The position numbers were made by a program, and so were the translations under genes. Below the pieces are notes generated by a model, which saw only the letters and a list, made by a program, of their open reading frames with translations, was not told the DNA's origin and ran no database searches. A stretch of DNA of 64,000 nucleotides, taken from positions 2,833-66,832 of IMG/VR virus record IMGVR_UViG_649633004_000004; one strand, written 5' to 3'. This document shows, piece after piece, positions 1-9,060 of the stretch (positions are counted from its first letter, which is position 1; every line of letters starts with the position of its first letter). The stretch is from a virus. Its lineage: Duplodnaviria > Caudoviricetes.

Positions 1-234
1 GAGCACCCACAGCAACGCTGCGCGGGCCGTGTCCGTGAAGTCGGGCGACAGCTCGGGCGGCACTGCTGCTGCGGTGGTGAGGGCTGCGCGGGCGTTCCAG
101 GCTGCTCTGGCAGCGATTCGCGCATTGACACCGCCGACAAGGTAGTCTTGCTTGTACCAAGCCTCGAATGCTTGGCCTTCTGCAACCGCGATTAGGTTGT
201 TCGCTACCTTGGCGGCATTGGTATTGGTGGTCAT
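1..234 (-). CDS. Phage hypothetical protein (5' part; runs off window)
   Basis: ATG at 234 overlaps the stop of the upstream ORF (ATGA); open frame MTTNTNAAK...DFTDTARAALLWVL to the window edge. Confidence 0.6.
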   Translation of the reverse strand, partial: MTTNTNAAKVANNLIAVAEGQAFEAWYKQDYLVGGVNARIAARAAWNARAALTTAAAVPPELSPDFTDTARAALLWVL

Positions 235-440
235 GGGGTGTCCTTTTGAATTGGCTCAACATCGGCAGGGTGGAAATTGCCGCGCCACGTCTCGCCAGCA
301 ACTACGAGGTACTGGCCTTGTGCGCGAAGTAGCTTTCCGTGTAGGCCATCAAACCAAGTCCCCGCACCCTTGCGGATGGAGACTTGATCGCCCACCTTCA
401 CGGTCAGGCCGTAGGTCTTGCGGATGTAGTCAATGCTCAT
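231..440 (-). CDS. Phage hypothetical protein
   Basis: MSIDYIRKTYG..., GAGG RBS, translationally coupled in the leftward operon. Confidence 0.6.
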   Translation of the reverse strand: MSIDYIRKTYGLTVKVGDQVSIRKGAGTWFDGLHGKLLRAQGQYLVVAGETWRGNFHPADVEPIQKDTP

Positions 441-855
441 TGCTCCCTCCCTCATCAGCACTGGAGGGGGAGGGTGGGAGGGGTGCCCAAAACCTCGGCG
501 TCATGTGAACAAACGGCCAAATCCATGCACCGTTTCCCGCATAGGCCGATTGAAGCCAGTAGCCGCTGGCGACGTCCTGTTCGCGCCTTCCACGCAGCAG
601 GACGTACCCCGAATCCTTCGGCGCTGTCTCTATGTCGCGCCACTCGCTGGGCTCACTGATGCCGTGCAGGCACTGGCGCGGGCGCAGCGGCTCTACGCCA
701 CCGGCGCCGATTGCGGATAGCTGGGCTTCGAGGTCCGCGATGCGGGCGTGCTGGCGGCGCAGTTCGGCGGCCGCCAGGATGCAGGTTCCGCCGAAACTGA
801 GGGCGCGCAATTGGTCAGCCAGTCGCAGCGCCTCGGGTTGTTTTGCTTCTGTCAT
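430..855 (-). CDS. Phage hypothetical protein (DUF551-like C-terminus)
   Basis: WRDIETAPKD...WAPLPPSP motif typical of lambdoid early-left genes. Confidence 0.65.
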   Translation of the reverse strand: MTEAKQPEALRLADQLRALSFGGTCILAAAELRRQHARIADLEAQLSAIGAGGVEPLRPRQCLHGISEPSEWRDIETAPKDSGYVLLRGRREQDVASGYWLQSAYAGNGAWIWPFVHMTPRFWAPLPPSPSSADEGGSNEH

Positions 856-1103
856 GCTTCTTCATCCTTCGTGATGACGGCAATCCAGTAGCTGGCGATG
901 CCGTCCTTGCTATCGACCTTCACCAGCGGGTAATCAGCGCCCGGCAAGCCCCACTCGGTCATGATGCGTTCGCAGCCGCTGAACTCGCCCAAGTCGGTGA
1001 TAGTTCCGTGGACTTGCATGTGTTGGTGGTGAGTGCGGCGAATGGCGCTGTACACCTCATCTGTTGTTGGAATCCATCTGACAGTCATGGCTAACTGCTC
1101 CAT
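852..1103 (-). CDS. Phage hypothetical protein
   Basis: ORF coupled to the downstream gene by ATGA overlap. Confidence 0.55.
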   Translation of the reverse strand: MEQLAMTVRWIPTTDEVYSAIRRTHHQHMQVHGTITDLGEFSGCERIMTEWGLPGADYPLVKVDSKDGIASYWIAVITKDEEA

Positions 1104-1108
1104 GAAGT

Positions 1109-1131
1109 AAAAAGCCCGCTACGTGCGGGCT
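1109..1131 (-). terminator. Rho-independent terminator
   Basis: AAAAAGCCCGC-TACGT-GCGGGCT hairpin, U-tract on minus strand. Confidence 0.6.
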
Positions 1132-1523
1132 GTTGGTGGGTAGTTCCTGCGCGCCAGTGGCATCAGGCCGGATAGCCATGTGGCCTCTGTGCCTCGCCGG
1201 CGGTATCGCTCTGCTGCGAGCCGCGCGCGGTTGCGCTGGTAGTGGCTGCGCCGACCCTCGGCCTTGTCAAACACGGGCCGGGGCGCATCAGGGCCAGGGC
1301 TTGCGGAGTAGATGGGCGTCTCGCGCCCGCTGACGCCGATCTGTGGCCGGTAACGCAGGATGCGGAAGAACTTGCCGGGGTGGTTCTTCCTGGCCGTGGT
1401 CATGCAGGTGTTGATGACGTTGCGTGCCAATCCCAGGTGCTCCGCGATCTCCGGCACACTCATGGGGCCGCACTCTTTCAGCGCGGCGGTGATGGCGTCG
1501 CGTGTAGTTGGCGGGACAGGCAT
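1119..1523 (-). CDS. HTH-containing phage protein
   Basis: GPMSVPEIAEHLGLARNVIN HTH-like segment. Confidence 0.6.
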   Translation of the reverse strand: MPVPPTTRDAITAALKECGPMSVPEIAEHLGLARNVINTCMTTARKNHPGKFFRILRYRPQIGVSGRETPIYSASPGPDAPRPVFDKAEGRRSHYQRNRARLAAERYRRRGTEATWLSGLMPLARRNYPPTART

Positions 1524-2170
1524 TACGCTGCCTCTCGGGCATTCGGGGCGTTGGCAGCCAATGCGGCTCGTAGCTTCGCCTCGTACTTGCGCACCAGCTC
1601 AGCGAATGCGAGCAAGTCGGCTTCCAGCGCCTCAATGGCGTTTTCGTCGCGCGTAATGCGATGGATGGCCATGTAGTTCAGGTCCGGAACCCACAGCACC
1701 AAATCCACCCACTGGCGGCCCAGCAGCCAGAGATAGCCAAGGCATTGATCCATGTAAGCCGACAGGTCGCCATCGGCCACGGCGGTGAATAGCGTGTCGC
1801 TGCTGACCATCGTCTTTATTTCCAGCACGCCATCGTCATCAATCAGGCCGTCCGGGCTGAGGCCATAGAGCCCATCTTCCGTAGTGAAGAAGCCTACCTC
1901 TTCCACGAGATTGCCGGTACGGCTCTCGTAGGCCATGCGCGCCAGTGGCTCCTGTTCGGTGCCCGTGCGCATGGCGGCGTTCTGGAACTTTGCCGGAGCG
2001 CAACCGCCGATGCGCTCGCGCGCGGTGTCCATGGCATAGGCGATACACGCCTTGGATGGCTGGCCGCCCTTGAGCTTGTCGCGGCAGTCACGAAAGCGCG
2101 AGCCAGTGATACATCCCTTGCGCACGGCCAGCCATGCTTCGCTGCCCTGTTCATAGTCGTGGTGAATCAT
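1523..2170 (-). CDS. YqaJ/lambda-Exo family viral recombination exonuclease
   Basis: QGSEAWLAVRKG, GLSPDGLI, LEIK motifs. Confidence 0.9.
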   Translation of the reverse strand: MIHHDYEQGSEAWLAVRKGCITGSRFRDCRDKLKGGQPSKACIAYAMDTARERIGGCAPAKFQNAAMRTGTEQEPLARMAYESRTGNLVEEVGFFTTEDGLYGLSPDGLIDDDGVLEIKTMVSSDTLFTAVADGDLSAYMDQCLGYLWLLGRQWVDLVLWVPDLNYMAIHRITRDENAIEALEADLLAFAELVRKYEAKLRAALAANAPNAREAA

Positions 2171-2985
2171 GACTTCAGCCCTTTCCGGTGCTTGATGACC
2201 GCATCCTTGAATGCGTCATACAAATCGCGGCGCTTGAAATCGGCTAATGCGCCAGATCCCTCTCGCCAGAGCGCCGCCGCTGCTTCATCTGTCGTGGTCT
2301 TCGGAATACGCTCCATCAGGGCGTCAAACTTCGCTTGCGCCTCGGCTGCGCGCGTGTCGTTCGCGCCTGCGCCGTTCCCGTCATCGTCGTCCTCGCCCAC
2401 TGCGACATTGAAGATGTCCTTCAGCAGATACCGCTTGCCGTAGCTTTTTCCGGAGCCGACGGCGTGAGTCTTCGTCATCACGTCTCCGCCCTTGGCGCCT
2501 TTCCCATCAGCGGGAATGTCGCAGCGGTAGGTACGGGTGTGGCCCGCGGTGTGCGACACGTAGCAGAGCACTCGTACGTAGTTCTCCGGCGCGCCGGAGC
2601 CCTCATCGAAGCTCAGCGCGAAACCGTGCGTCGTGTAGATCGGCCGTAGGTGCCGGTCCAGTTGCGCATAGGTAGCGTACTGGCTGCGCGTCTGAGGATT
2701 CACGGCATCGGCAGACACGCGGCCCATGCTGGACTGGGCAGCCGCCATGGCGATGTTGAACTGCTGCTCGGCGTCGCGCGCCGCGATGCGCTCGTGCATC
2801 GCAAGCAGGCGTTCCATCTTCTCGATCTGCACGCTGGGGTCGTGCGCGGCAGTGATGATGGCCTGGGTCAGTGCGGACGAATCAGCGGCCATCGCTGGGA
2901 CGGCGGCTTGTCGCGTTGTCATGGGCTGGGCTGTGCGCTCGACAGGCGCAAGCTCCAGCACATCGGCCTGTGTAGTTTCGTTCAT
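2167..2985 (-). CDS. ERF-family ssDNA annealing recombinase
   Basis: IEKMERLLAM, YATYAQL, HAVGSGKSYGKRYLL motif; adjacent to the exonuclease. Confidence 0.85.
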   Translation of the reverse strand: MNETTQADVLELAPVERTAQPMTTRQAAVPAMAADSSALTQAIITAAHDPSVQIEKMERLLAMHERIAARDAEQQFNIAMAAAQSSMGRVSADAVNPQTRSQYATYAQLDRHLRPIYTTHGFALSFDEGSGAPENYVRVLCYVSHTAGHTRTYRCDIPADGKGAKGGDVMTKTHAVGSGKSYGKRYLLKDIFNVAVGEDDDDGNGAGANDTRAAEAQAKFDALMERIPKTTTDEAAAALWREGSGALADFKRRDLYDAFKDAVIKHRKGLKS

Positions 2986-3194
2986 GGTGTTTCCTTTTTG
3001 TGAGGGGTGCCGCCCAGGTAGCCAATCCCCTGGCTTCACGCGCCTGGATCAGGGCGCGAGGCGATCCGTGCGTTTGACGGGCTTGCGGCGTTTTTGTCAT
3101 CCGCCCGACACGATCCAGGCGTAGCGAGCAGCTGCGCACAGGCCATCGCACTCGCGGTAGGCACGGTAGAGCGACAGGAATTCGCGCATGCGTT

Positions 3195-3452
3195 TCATGG
3201 CCGCTCCTTGTTCTTAATGAAGCGCTGTACATCCCCGCGCTGCACGCTGCCCTCGTACTGCCACTTCTTGCGGCTGGGCCAGTAGTCCAAACGCTTTCCG
3301 GCCACGGTGCGTGACCAATGAAACTCGGTGTGCTTGACCCAGCCGCCGTCGTCTTGCTGCTGGGCATTGGCCAGGAAGCGTGCGCGGTCGTTGTCGAACT
3401 TCTCTTTTTTGTAGGCCTTGATGTCATCCCAGATCGGGTCACGCTCGCTCAT
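3195..3452 (-). CDS. Phage hypothetical protein
   Basis: MSERDPIWDD...RLDYWPSRKKW; ATGA-coupled. Confidence 0.6.
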   Translation of the reverse strand: MSERDPIWDDIKAYKKEKFDNDRARFLANAQQQDDGGWVKHTEFHWSRTVAGKRLDYWPSRKKWQYEGSVQRGDVQRFIKNKERP

Positions 3453-3643
3453 GGCCTCTCCCGATGACAGATGAGCACGTCCCCCTGCCACTCGAAAGGC
3501 CGGCCTTCGCACACCTCGCGAGCAGCCCAGTCGCGCGACGAAAGCGACTCGGCGTCCTGGCGGTCGGCCTCGGCTTCGTTGCCAGCTACTGCGCCCACGC
3601 CGATAGTGAGCGCGGCCGCAATGATCAGGATTGCTTCTTTCAT
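3449..3643 (-). CDS. Small phage protein with N-terminal hydrophobic segment
   Basis: MKEAILIIAAALTIGVGAVA; GGAG RBS. Confidence 0.55.
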   Translation of the reverse strand: MKEAILIIAAALTIGVGAVAGNEAEADRQDAESLSSRDWAAREVCEGRPFEWQGDVLICHRERP

Positions 3644-3849
3644 TGACGTTCTCCTTGTTGCTGGTCCCTGCGCGCATCGATCAGCGCAGCGCGAGCGCCG
3701 CCTGGGTGGTTTGCGCAGTCGATGCCGCCGCCGTCGCGCAGACCGATGAAATCAGGCCATTGGTCAAGCAGCCAGCGCAGCAATTCCGCATCCTCGCGGT
3801 CCTGCTGCTCTCCTTGATCCTTGCCTGCTGGGCAAGGCCCAGGCTCCAT
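3640..3849 (-). CDS. Phage hypothetical protein
   Basis: DAELLRWLL motif common in phage early genes; start uncertain. Confidence 0.4.
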   Translation of the reverse strand: MEPGPCPAGKDQGEQQDREDAELLRWLLDQWPDFIGLRDGGGIDCANHPGGARAALIDARRDQQQGERQ

Positions 3850-3871
3850 GCCCTGCGTGTCACATCCGCAG

Positions 3872-4093
3872 TCATTGCCCGTCCCCGTAGCGCCACTGCA
3901 GCGCCAGAGCGCGGTCTTCGCGCCAGCGCTCGCGGTGCTTCTGGTACTCAATGTCGGCGCGCACTCGCTCAGCTTCGTCGGGCGGCGTGTTGGGCTCGAT
4001 GTGCGGCATGTGGTCGCACAGGGCCTCGATCATCATGGGGTGCATGTTGTCCATGTCATGCTTTGCTGGGGTGGTCGTGGTCGAATCAGCCAT
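3872..4093 (-). CDS. Phage hypothetical protein
   Basis: AGGAG RBS before MADSTTTT; coupled stop/start. Confidence 0.55.
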   Translation of the reverse strand: MADSTTTTPAKHDMDNMHPMMIEALCDHMPHIEPNTPPDEAERVRADIEYQKHRERWREDRALALQWRYGDGQ

Positions 4094-4366
4094 GCTTGGC
4101 TCCTGTTGCATGAGTGGGGAAAAGAAAAGGCCATCGCGTGGATGGCCTGGAAGAAAGGAACCGCTGCCGCTGGGCTTGCCGGCAAACGAGAGGGCGGATG
4201 AGTTGAGCTGCCGGCGCGGTTGTAAAAGGGTGATGGTTGCGGGCTACCTTCCGCATTTTTCGGGCTGCATTCCATAGGTCGCCACTTCCCCGAAGGTTCG
4301 GCCGCACCGTCACAGGTCTGTCTGCCGCCTGATCCTCGTGAGGACTAGGGCTTTCAGTCATGCGCA

Positions 4367-4455
4367 ACCATCATTGAAGCGGGCCAGTGGTTAGCTGACG
4401 ATCTGCTGCAGCAGCCGTGCCGTTCCTATACGCGCCCCGCCGCTTCAATGATGGT
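4367..4455. repeat. Perfect 16-bp inverted repeat (long stem), candidate structured RNA
   Basis: ACCATCATTGAAGCGG (4367-4382) / CCGCTTCAATGATGGT (4440-4455). Confidence 0.6.
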
Positions 4456-4979
4456 CCCCGTCTGTTCCGGGGTGTCAGGGAATCCTCTGGCTCTGTTCCC
4501 AACTCCTCGTGGCCTTTCGCATCTCCACGTTCGATGTCCAGTTCTCTCCGCGTTTGATTCCGCTGCAGGAACTGGCAACCCGCCCAGAATGGGTTGATGG
4601 TGGCCGGGCGCTACTCCGGCTCTGGCGTTATCCCTTTAGCTGCGATAAACGATGCGACTTCATAAAGGGTGTATGTCGCACCCTCACAAACGGCCAGACT
4701 TTCCATGCAGGCGCTTACCTGCCTCACCATCAAGGGAGACGACTGGATGAATGGGTTCAGCGGCGCCGCCTTTCCCATGTCGCTCAGTGTGTCGAGAACA
4801 TCCACCGTTGGCCGCGCGAACCTTCGGCTGTCGTCTCTCTTGATGGCCCAGTTCTCTCTCTGGCGTCACGCTCACCTTTCCTGGCTACGTTCATCAGCAG
4901 AAAGCCGCGTTCGCTACTCTGCATAGCCCCTGTGAACAAGGGCGAACTCGATACTCCCGGCACTGCCGGGGAGTGGGGG

Positions 4980-5225
4980 TTACTTGGTGGCTTTGGCTAT
5001 TGCGGCGCGCACCTGTCGCCCAACCCCCACCGATAAGCAGCTGTCGTTGTCGATGTCCTGAACATCGTCAAGCACGGCTTGCAGCGTCCCCAGCAGCTCA
5101 TCGGCCACTGCCAGTCGGTTGCCGCCGAAGTCCACCGCCACCAGGCGCCCGCCCAGCACCGTGTCGCCGGCCGCGTAGGCTGGGCCGTCTCCGTCAAACT
5201 CCACGACAAGCGTGTGTGTTGCCAT
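4980..5225 (-). CDS. Phage hypothetical protein
   Basis: AGGAGAG RBS; C-terminal RAAIAKAT motif typical of phage early proteins. Confidence 0.65.
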   Translation of the reverse strand: MATHTLVVEFDGDGPAYAAGDTVLGGRLVAVDFGGNRLAVADELLGTLQAVLDDVQDIDNDSCLSVGVGRQVRAAIAKATK

Positions 5226-5253
5226 GTCTCTCTCCTGTGTGTGGTTGAGGGGG

Positions 5254-5574
5254 TCACTGCTCGACGATTCCCGAAGTCTTGTCGTGCTCGCGCAGCGCTT
5301 TCGTCAGCATCTTCACGGCCTGCCGCACATAGATCGGCACGCGGTTGATCTGCTCGGCTTTCTCAGCCAGCAGCTCGCTGGCGCGCTCGTCGTCAGCCAG
5401 GCCGTGCGCTGCGCACATCTGCAACCCTTGCAGGTAGCCACGCTGCATGTCCTCGTCCAGCATGTATTCGCAACGCATCCATGCCAGCAGGCGGCGAAGG
5501 TGGTTGACCTGGGCGCCTGTCATCGGCATGGCAGGCACGTTGCCGTCGCCCGTCAGCGTCATCGGTTTTTGCAT
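5254..5574 (-). CDS. Phage hypothetical protein
   Basis: AGGAG RBS, 106-aa ORF with phage-like codon usage. Confidence 0.6.
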   Translation of the reverse strand: MQKPMTLTGDGNVPAMPMTGAQVNHLRRLLAWMRCEYMLDEDMQRGYLQGLQMCAAHGLADDERASELLAEKAEQINRVPIYVRQAVKMLTKALREHDKTSGIVEQ

Positions 5575-5774
5575 CTTGTTCTCCTGAAAACCTCAGCGCC
5601 CTGGTGGCAAGGCGCTGGGGTTGCGCCCCTCGTCAGAAGGGCCTGCCGCATCGCGTGGCGGCTTGCCTGTTTCCAGGCCACTGCATGGCGTTTCCGGGTC
5701 GATCCCCCTTGGCTCACATGCTTCCTCAACCTTCGCACTCGCCACGGGCGGTAGCCGTGGGTCTCAGCGGTCAT
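5559..5774 (-). CDS. Arg-rich small protein, first gene after PL (possible N-like antiterminator)
   Basis: RPWRVRRLRK...RKRH basic stretch; position directly downstream of the leftward promoter. Confidence 0.35.
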   Translation of the reverse strand: MTAETHGYRPWRVRRLRKHVSQGGSTRKRHAVAWKQASRHAMRQALLTRGATPAPCHQGAEVFRRTRCKNR

Positions 5775-5812
5775 CTACTGGCTGCACTGGGGTGCTGCTG
5801 TCGATGGGGTGA

Positions 5813-5855
5813 ATTATGCACTTATGCATAGCCATGTCAATGCACTTTTGCATTG
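5813..5855 (-). promoter_or_regulatory. PL promoter with two OL operators
   Basis: Minus-strand TTGACA (5840-5835) and CATAAT (5818-5813); palindromes ATGCACTTATGCAT (5816-5829) and ATGCACTTTTGCAT (5840-5853) match the cI/cro intergenic operators. Confidence 0.75.
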
Positions 5856-5926
5856 TCTCCGTGAAATTACCTACACTCCCCCTCGCGCCCCTCGGGCGAA
5901 GGAGTCAGACATGGGAGCAACAGGCG

Positions 5927-5951
5927 AAAAAAAGCCCGCTCGGGGCGGGCT
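5927..5951 (-). terminator. Rho-independent terminator
   Basis: A7-GCCCGC-TCGGG-GCGGGCT hairpin. Confidence 0.65.
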
Positions 5952-6044
5952 GGTGGGGCTATGACTGCTGATCTGGTGGCGGCCCGGTTGATTGAGGTCA
6001 TTCATGAAAAGTTGGCGACAGCTCGGCCTGTCACAATCAGACAC

Positions 6045-6899
6045 ATGAAGACCAAGATCGCGCTCAAATATGAAGGCCCTGCACTGCAGGGCGGGGCCAT
6101 GGACGTGTATCAAACGTCCTCCAACATGATTGCCTTCACGGAGTTCATGGTGGCCGCCGTGAAGGAGACTTATGGGGATTCGGCTCAGGCGAAAGCGGAG
6201 GTGTCGGGCTTCGAGCGGGGCTCGTTTGTCACGAATATCCTGTTCAGTGTGGGCGGCATGGCGTCCACGATATTCACGGCGCTCACGCCCGATCAGTTGC
6301 TGGAAGTGGTTAAGGGTGCCTTCGAGGTCTGGAAGCACTTGAAAGGGAAGCCTCCAGCGGAGGTTTCCCAGATTGATCAGCAGATCAACGTCACGAACAA
6401 CGACGGCCAGATCATCAACGTCCGCACGGAGTCGTTCACCCTGGTGATGAATCCCAAGGCTGCCGATGCGGTGGACAAGTTCGTGAACCAAGCCCTGTCG
6501 GTTGAGGGTGTTGATGCGCTCCGGCTGGGCAATGAAGCAAAGCCCATTGCACACGTTGCGGCAAATGAGGCCGCCTATTTTGTGCCGGTGGCTGCGGTCG
6601 TTCCCATGTCCGACAACACGCTGCAGATGATTCTGACGGTCATCAGCCCCGTGTTCCAGGACGGGAATAAGTGGCGCTTCTCGGACGGTGGGTCATCGTT
6701 TTCGGCCGGCATCTTGGATGGTGACTTCCTGATGCGGGTGGACAAAGGTATTGAACGGTTCGGCAAGGGCGATGTGCTGGAGGTCGAGATGCGTATTGTC
6801 CAAAGTCGCACCGGGCAGAAGGTGTCCGTGGAGCGCGAGATTTTGAAGGTTCTCAGGCATATCAACCCGAACGAGCAGGTGCAGCAACTGCTGCTGTAG
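6045..6899 (+). CDS. Hypothetical moron protein
   Basis: Long ORF (MKTKIALKYEG...KWRFSDG...ERFGKGD) on the strand opposite the early operon, bounded by hairpins; start could be 5961. Confidence 0.75.
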   Translation: MKTKIALKYEGPALQGGAMDVYQTSSNMIAFTEFMVAAVKETYGDSAQAKAEVSGFERGSFVTNILFSVGGMASTIFTALTPDQLLEVVKGAFEVWKHLKGKPPAEVSQIDQQINVTNNDGQIINVRTESFTLVMNPKAADAVDKFVNQALSVEGVDALRLGNEAKPIAHVAANEAAYFVPVAAVVPMSDNTLQMILTVISPVFQDGNKWRFSDGGSSFSAGILDGDFLMRVDKGIERFGKGDVLEVEMRIVQSRTGQKVSVEREILKVLRHINPNEQVQQLLL

Positions 6900-6919
6900 A
6901 CCGCCTCACCTGGCAGGCT

Positions 6920-6945
6920 AAAAAAAGCCGCCTCGGTGGGCGGCT
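6920..6945 (-). terminator. Rho-independent terminator
   Basis: A7-GCCGCC-TCGGTG-GGCGGCT hairpin. Confidence 0.6.
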
Positions 6946-6964
6946 GCAGAGCTACAGTGCGGCC

Positions 6965-7204
6965 ATGAACCAGGCCGACGTAGTGCTCAAGATCGTGGAG
7001 ATGGCCAAGGTAGGCGGATCGCTTCCACCGGAGAGTGCCATTGCGCATGTGGCCGCGCTGATCGCTGAGCTGGATGTCCACTCCGCAAGCTACGAGCGGG
7101 ACATGGAGCGCCTGGTGAAGATCGGGGCGACGATCTGGGACTTGCACAGCGGGCCGGATGGGGCCTACGACCCGACGTGGATTCCTACGTTCTTGCGCTC
7201 ATGA
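6965..7204 (+). CDS. Small hypothetical protein
   Basis: 79-aa ORF between two hairpins. Confidence 0.55.
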   Translation: MNQADVVLKIVEMAKVGGSLPPESAIAHVAALIAELDVHSASYERDMERLVKIGATIWDLHSGPDGAYDPTWIPTFLRS

Positions 7205-7226
7205 AAAAGCCCGCTCATGGCGGGCT
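7204..7226 (-). terminator. Rho-independent terminator
   Basis: AAAAAGCCCGC-TCATG-GCGGGCT hairpin. Confidence 0.6.
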
Positions 7227-7320
7227 AGATGCTTAGCTTTCAAAGGCACCATGGTCGAGTTGACCGACCTTACCTAATTAGGCGATGATCTAGGTAAACA
7301 AGTTCAAATTTGGTCAAACT

Positions 7321-8508
7321 ATGGACGCACGCGACAACCCCTATGTCCCAGGTGCCGGCACTCCACCGCCCGAACTTGCTGGACGCCACGAAGTCCTAGA
7401 GAGAGCGGAGGTCGCTTTAACCCGCATACAGCGCGGGCGCCCCTCAAAGAGTCTGATAGTGGTCGGCTTGAGGGGTGTGGGAAAGACTGTTCTATTGGTT
7501 CGTTTCCAGAATCAGGCAATTGACCTTGGTTATCAAGCAGCCTTGATTGAGGCCCATGAGGGGAAGACGCTTCCAGAGCTACTGGTCCCGCCGCTACGAA
7601 AAATTTTGCTTTCTCTTAGTGCCCTCAAGGCAGCAGGGGAAAAGGGGCGACAAGCACTCCGGGCGCTGCGCAGCTTCATGGGGACGGTGAAGGTGAAGTG
7701 GAGTGATATTGAATTGGGAATCGATCCCGTTATGGGGGTCGCAGATAGCGGGGATCTTGAAGTCGATTTGGCTGATTTATTTGTGGCTGTAGGAGAGGCG
7801 GCTGCTGAAAAGAAAACGGCGGTTGCATTGTGTATTGATGAAATGCAATATCTTAGCAACAAGGAGTTCAGCGCTCTCATTATGGCTGTTCACAAGGTAT
7901 CTCAGATGAACTTGCCAATAGTTGTTGTTGGCGCTGGATTACCTCAGATTTTGGGCCTCGCCGGCGAGTCGAAATCCTACGCGGAGCGATTGTTCGATTA
8001 CCCTAAGGTAGGGGCGTTAAGCAAAGAAGACGCCGTGCTGGCAATCGAAACTCCAGCTAAAAATATGGAAGTTTTTTATGATACCGAGGCTTTAAATCGT
8101 CTTGTTGCGGTGACGAAGGGGTACCCTTATTTTCTGCAGCAATGGGGGTATGAGGTATGGAACATTGCGGAGTCATCGCCAATTACTTTGGATGATGTGG
8201 ATCAGGCCACAGAGGCGGCTATCGCTGCACTGGATGAGAGTTTTTTCCGTGTACGGTTTGATAGATGCACGCCATCTGAGAAAAGATATATGCGGGCCTT
8301 GGCCGAACTTGGTGAGGGATCCAAAAGGTCAGGAGATATTGCCGATTGTCTTGGTGTAAAGGTGACAAGCATTGGTCCAACGAGGTCGAAGTTGATTACC
8401 AAGGGCATGATATATAGCCCGCAACATGGAGAAACTGCGTTTACCGTTCCATTGTTTGATGAGTATATGCGCCGTGTAATGCCAGGGAATGATTGGCGCA
8501 AGAACTAA
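7321..8508 (+). CDS. P-loop AAA-type ATPase with C-terminal winged HTH
   Basis: Walker A GLRGVGKT, Walker B LCIDEMQ, GYPYFLQ motif, C-terminal SGDIADCLG; visibly lower GC than flanks. Confidence 0.85.
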   Translation: MDARDNPYVPGAGTPPPELAGRHEVLERAEVALTRIQRGRPSKSLIVVGLRGVGKTVLLVRFQNQAIDLGYQAALIEAHEGKTLPELLVPPLRKILLSLSALKAAGEKGRQALRALRSFMGTVKVKWSDIELGIDPVMGVADSGDLEVDLADLFVAVGEAAAEKKTAVALCIDEMQYLSNKEFSALIMAVHKVSQMNLPIVVVGAGLPQILGLAGESKSYAERLFDYPKVGALSKEDAVLAIETPAKNMEVFYDTEALNRLVAVTKGYPYFLQQWGYEVWNIAESSPITLDDVDQATEAAIAALDESFFRVRFDRCTPSEKRYMRALAELGEGSKRSGDIADCLGVKVTSIGPTRSKLITKGMIYSPQHGETAFTVPLFDEYMRRVMPGNDWRKN

Positions 8509-8578
8509 TTCCTATTCCGTGTCTATGGCGCAAGTCTGTTGTTGACCTCTGAAACATGCACCAGAAGGTGGCTCCTTG

Positions 8579-9058
8579 TCAGCGTTGGCGCCGCCACTCC
8601 CACGGCGCCACCGGATCCCGATCAGCCCACAGCCCTGCGCGCCTGGCCCGGGCTTCGGTCTCCGCGAACTCGTACTGCCCGCGGGCCTCGGGCGTCTGGT
8701 CGCGCGAGTAGGAGCGATACCACCAAGCCATCCCCTGCGTGACCATTGCCAGCCCGGCATCGAGCGTCTGTGGACCGTCAGGCGCTGACGCTGGCGCTAC
8801 CCACACATTGCAGACGCTGCGCTTGTAGCGGTCTTGCTTGACGCAGTCCAGCCGGGCCTGCTTCTGGAATGTGATGTCGGCCAGCGCCTGGCGCGCGCGA
8901 GAACCGAACGGCTGCTTGCGCTCTGGTGCGTCTATGCCAGCAAGGCGCACCTTGACCTGCTGGTACGGGTGCGCGGCATCCTCGGTCGGGCAGCGGGCGG
9001 TGAGTGTGTCGCCGTCGCTGATGCCGACGACGAGGCAGAGAAGAGCGGCGGCTAGCAC
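8579..9058 (-). CDS. Thermonuclease (SNase-like) family nuclease
   Basis: ISDGDT, VRLAGIDAPE, DRYKR, AR..RAGLW..PWEWR motifs; GTG start inferred. Confidence 0.88.
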   Translation of the reverse strand: MLAAALLCLVVGISDGDTLTARCPTEDAAHPYQQVKVRLAGIDAPERKQPFGSRARQALADITFQKQARLDCVKQDRYKRSVCNVWVAPASAPDGPQTLDAGLAMVTQGMAWWYRSYSRDQTPEARGQYEFAETEARARRAGLWADRDPVAPWEWRRQR

Positions 9059-9060
9059 TG

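Noticed and set aside
4509-5036. ORFs around 4500-4950 on either strand
   Set aside because: Conflicting short frames without RBS or motifs; possibly a frameshifted relic, but not supportable
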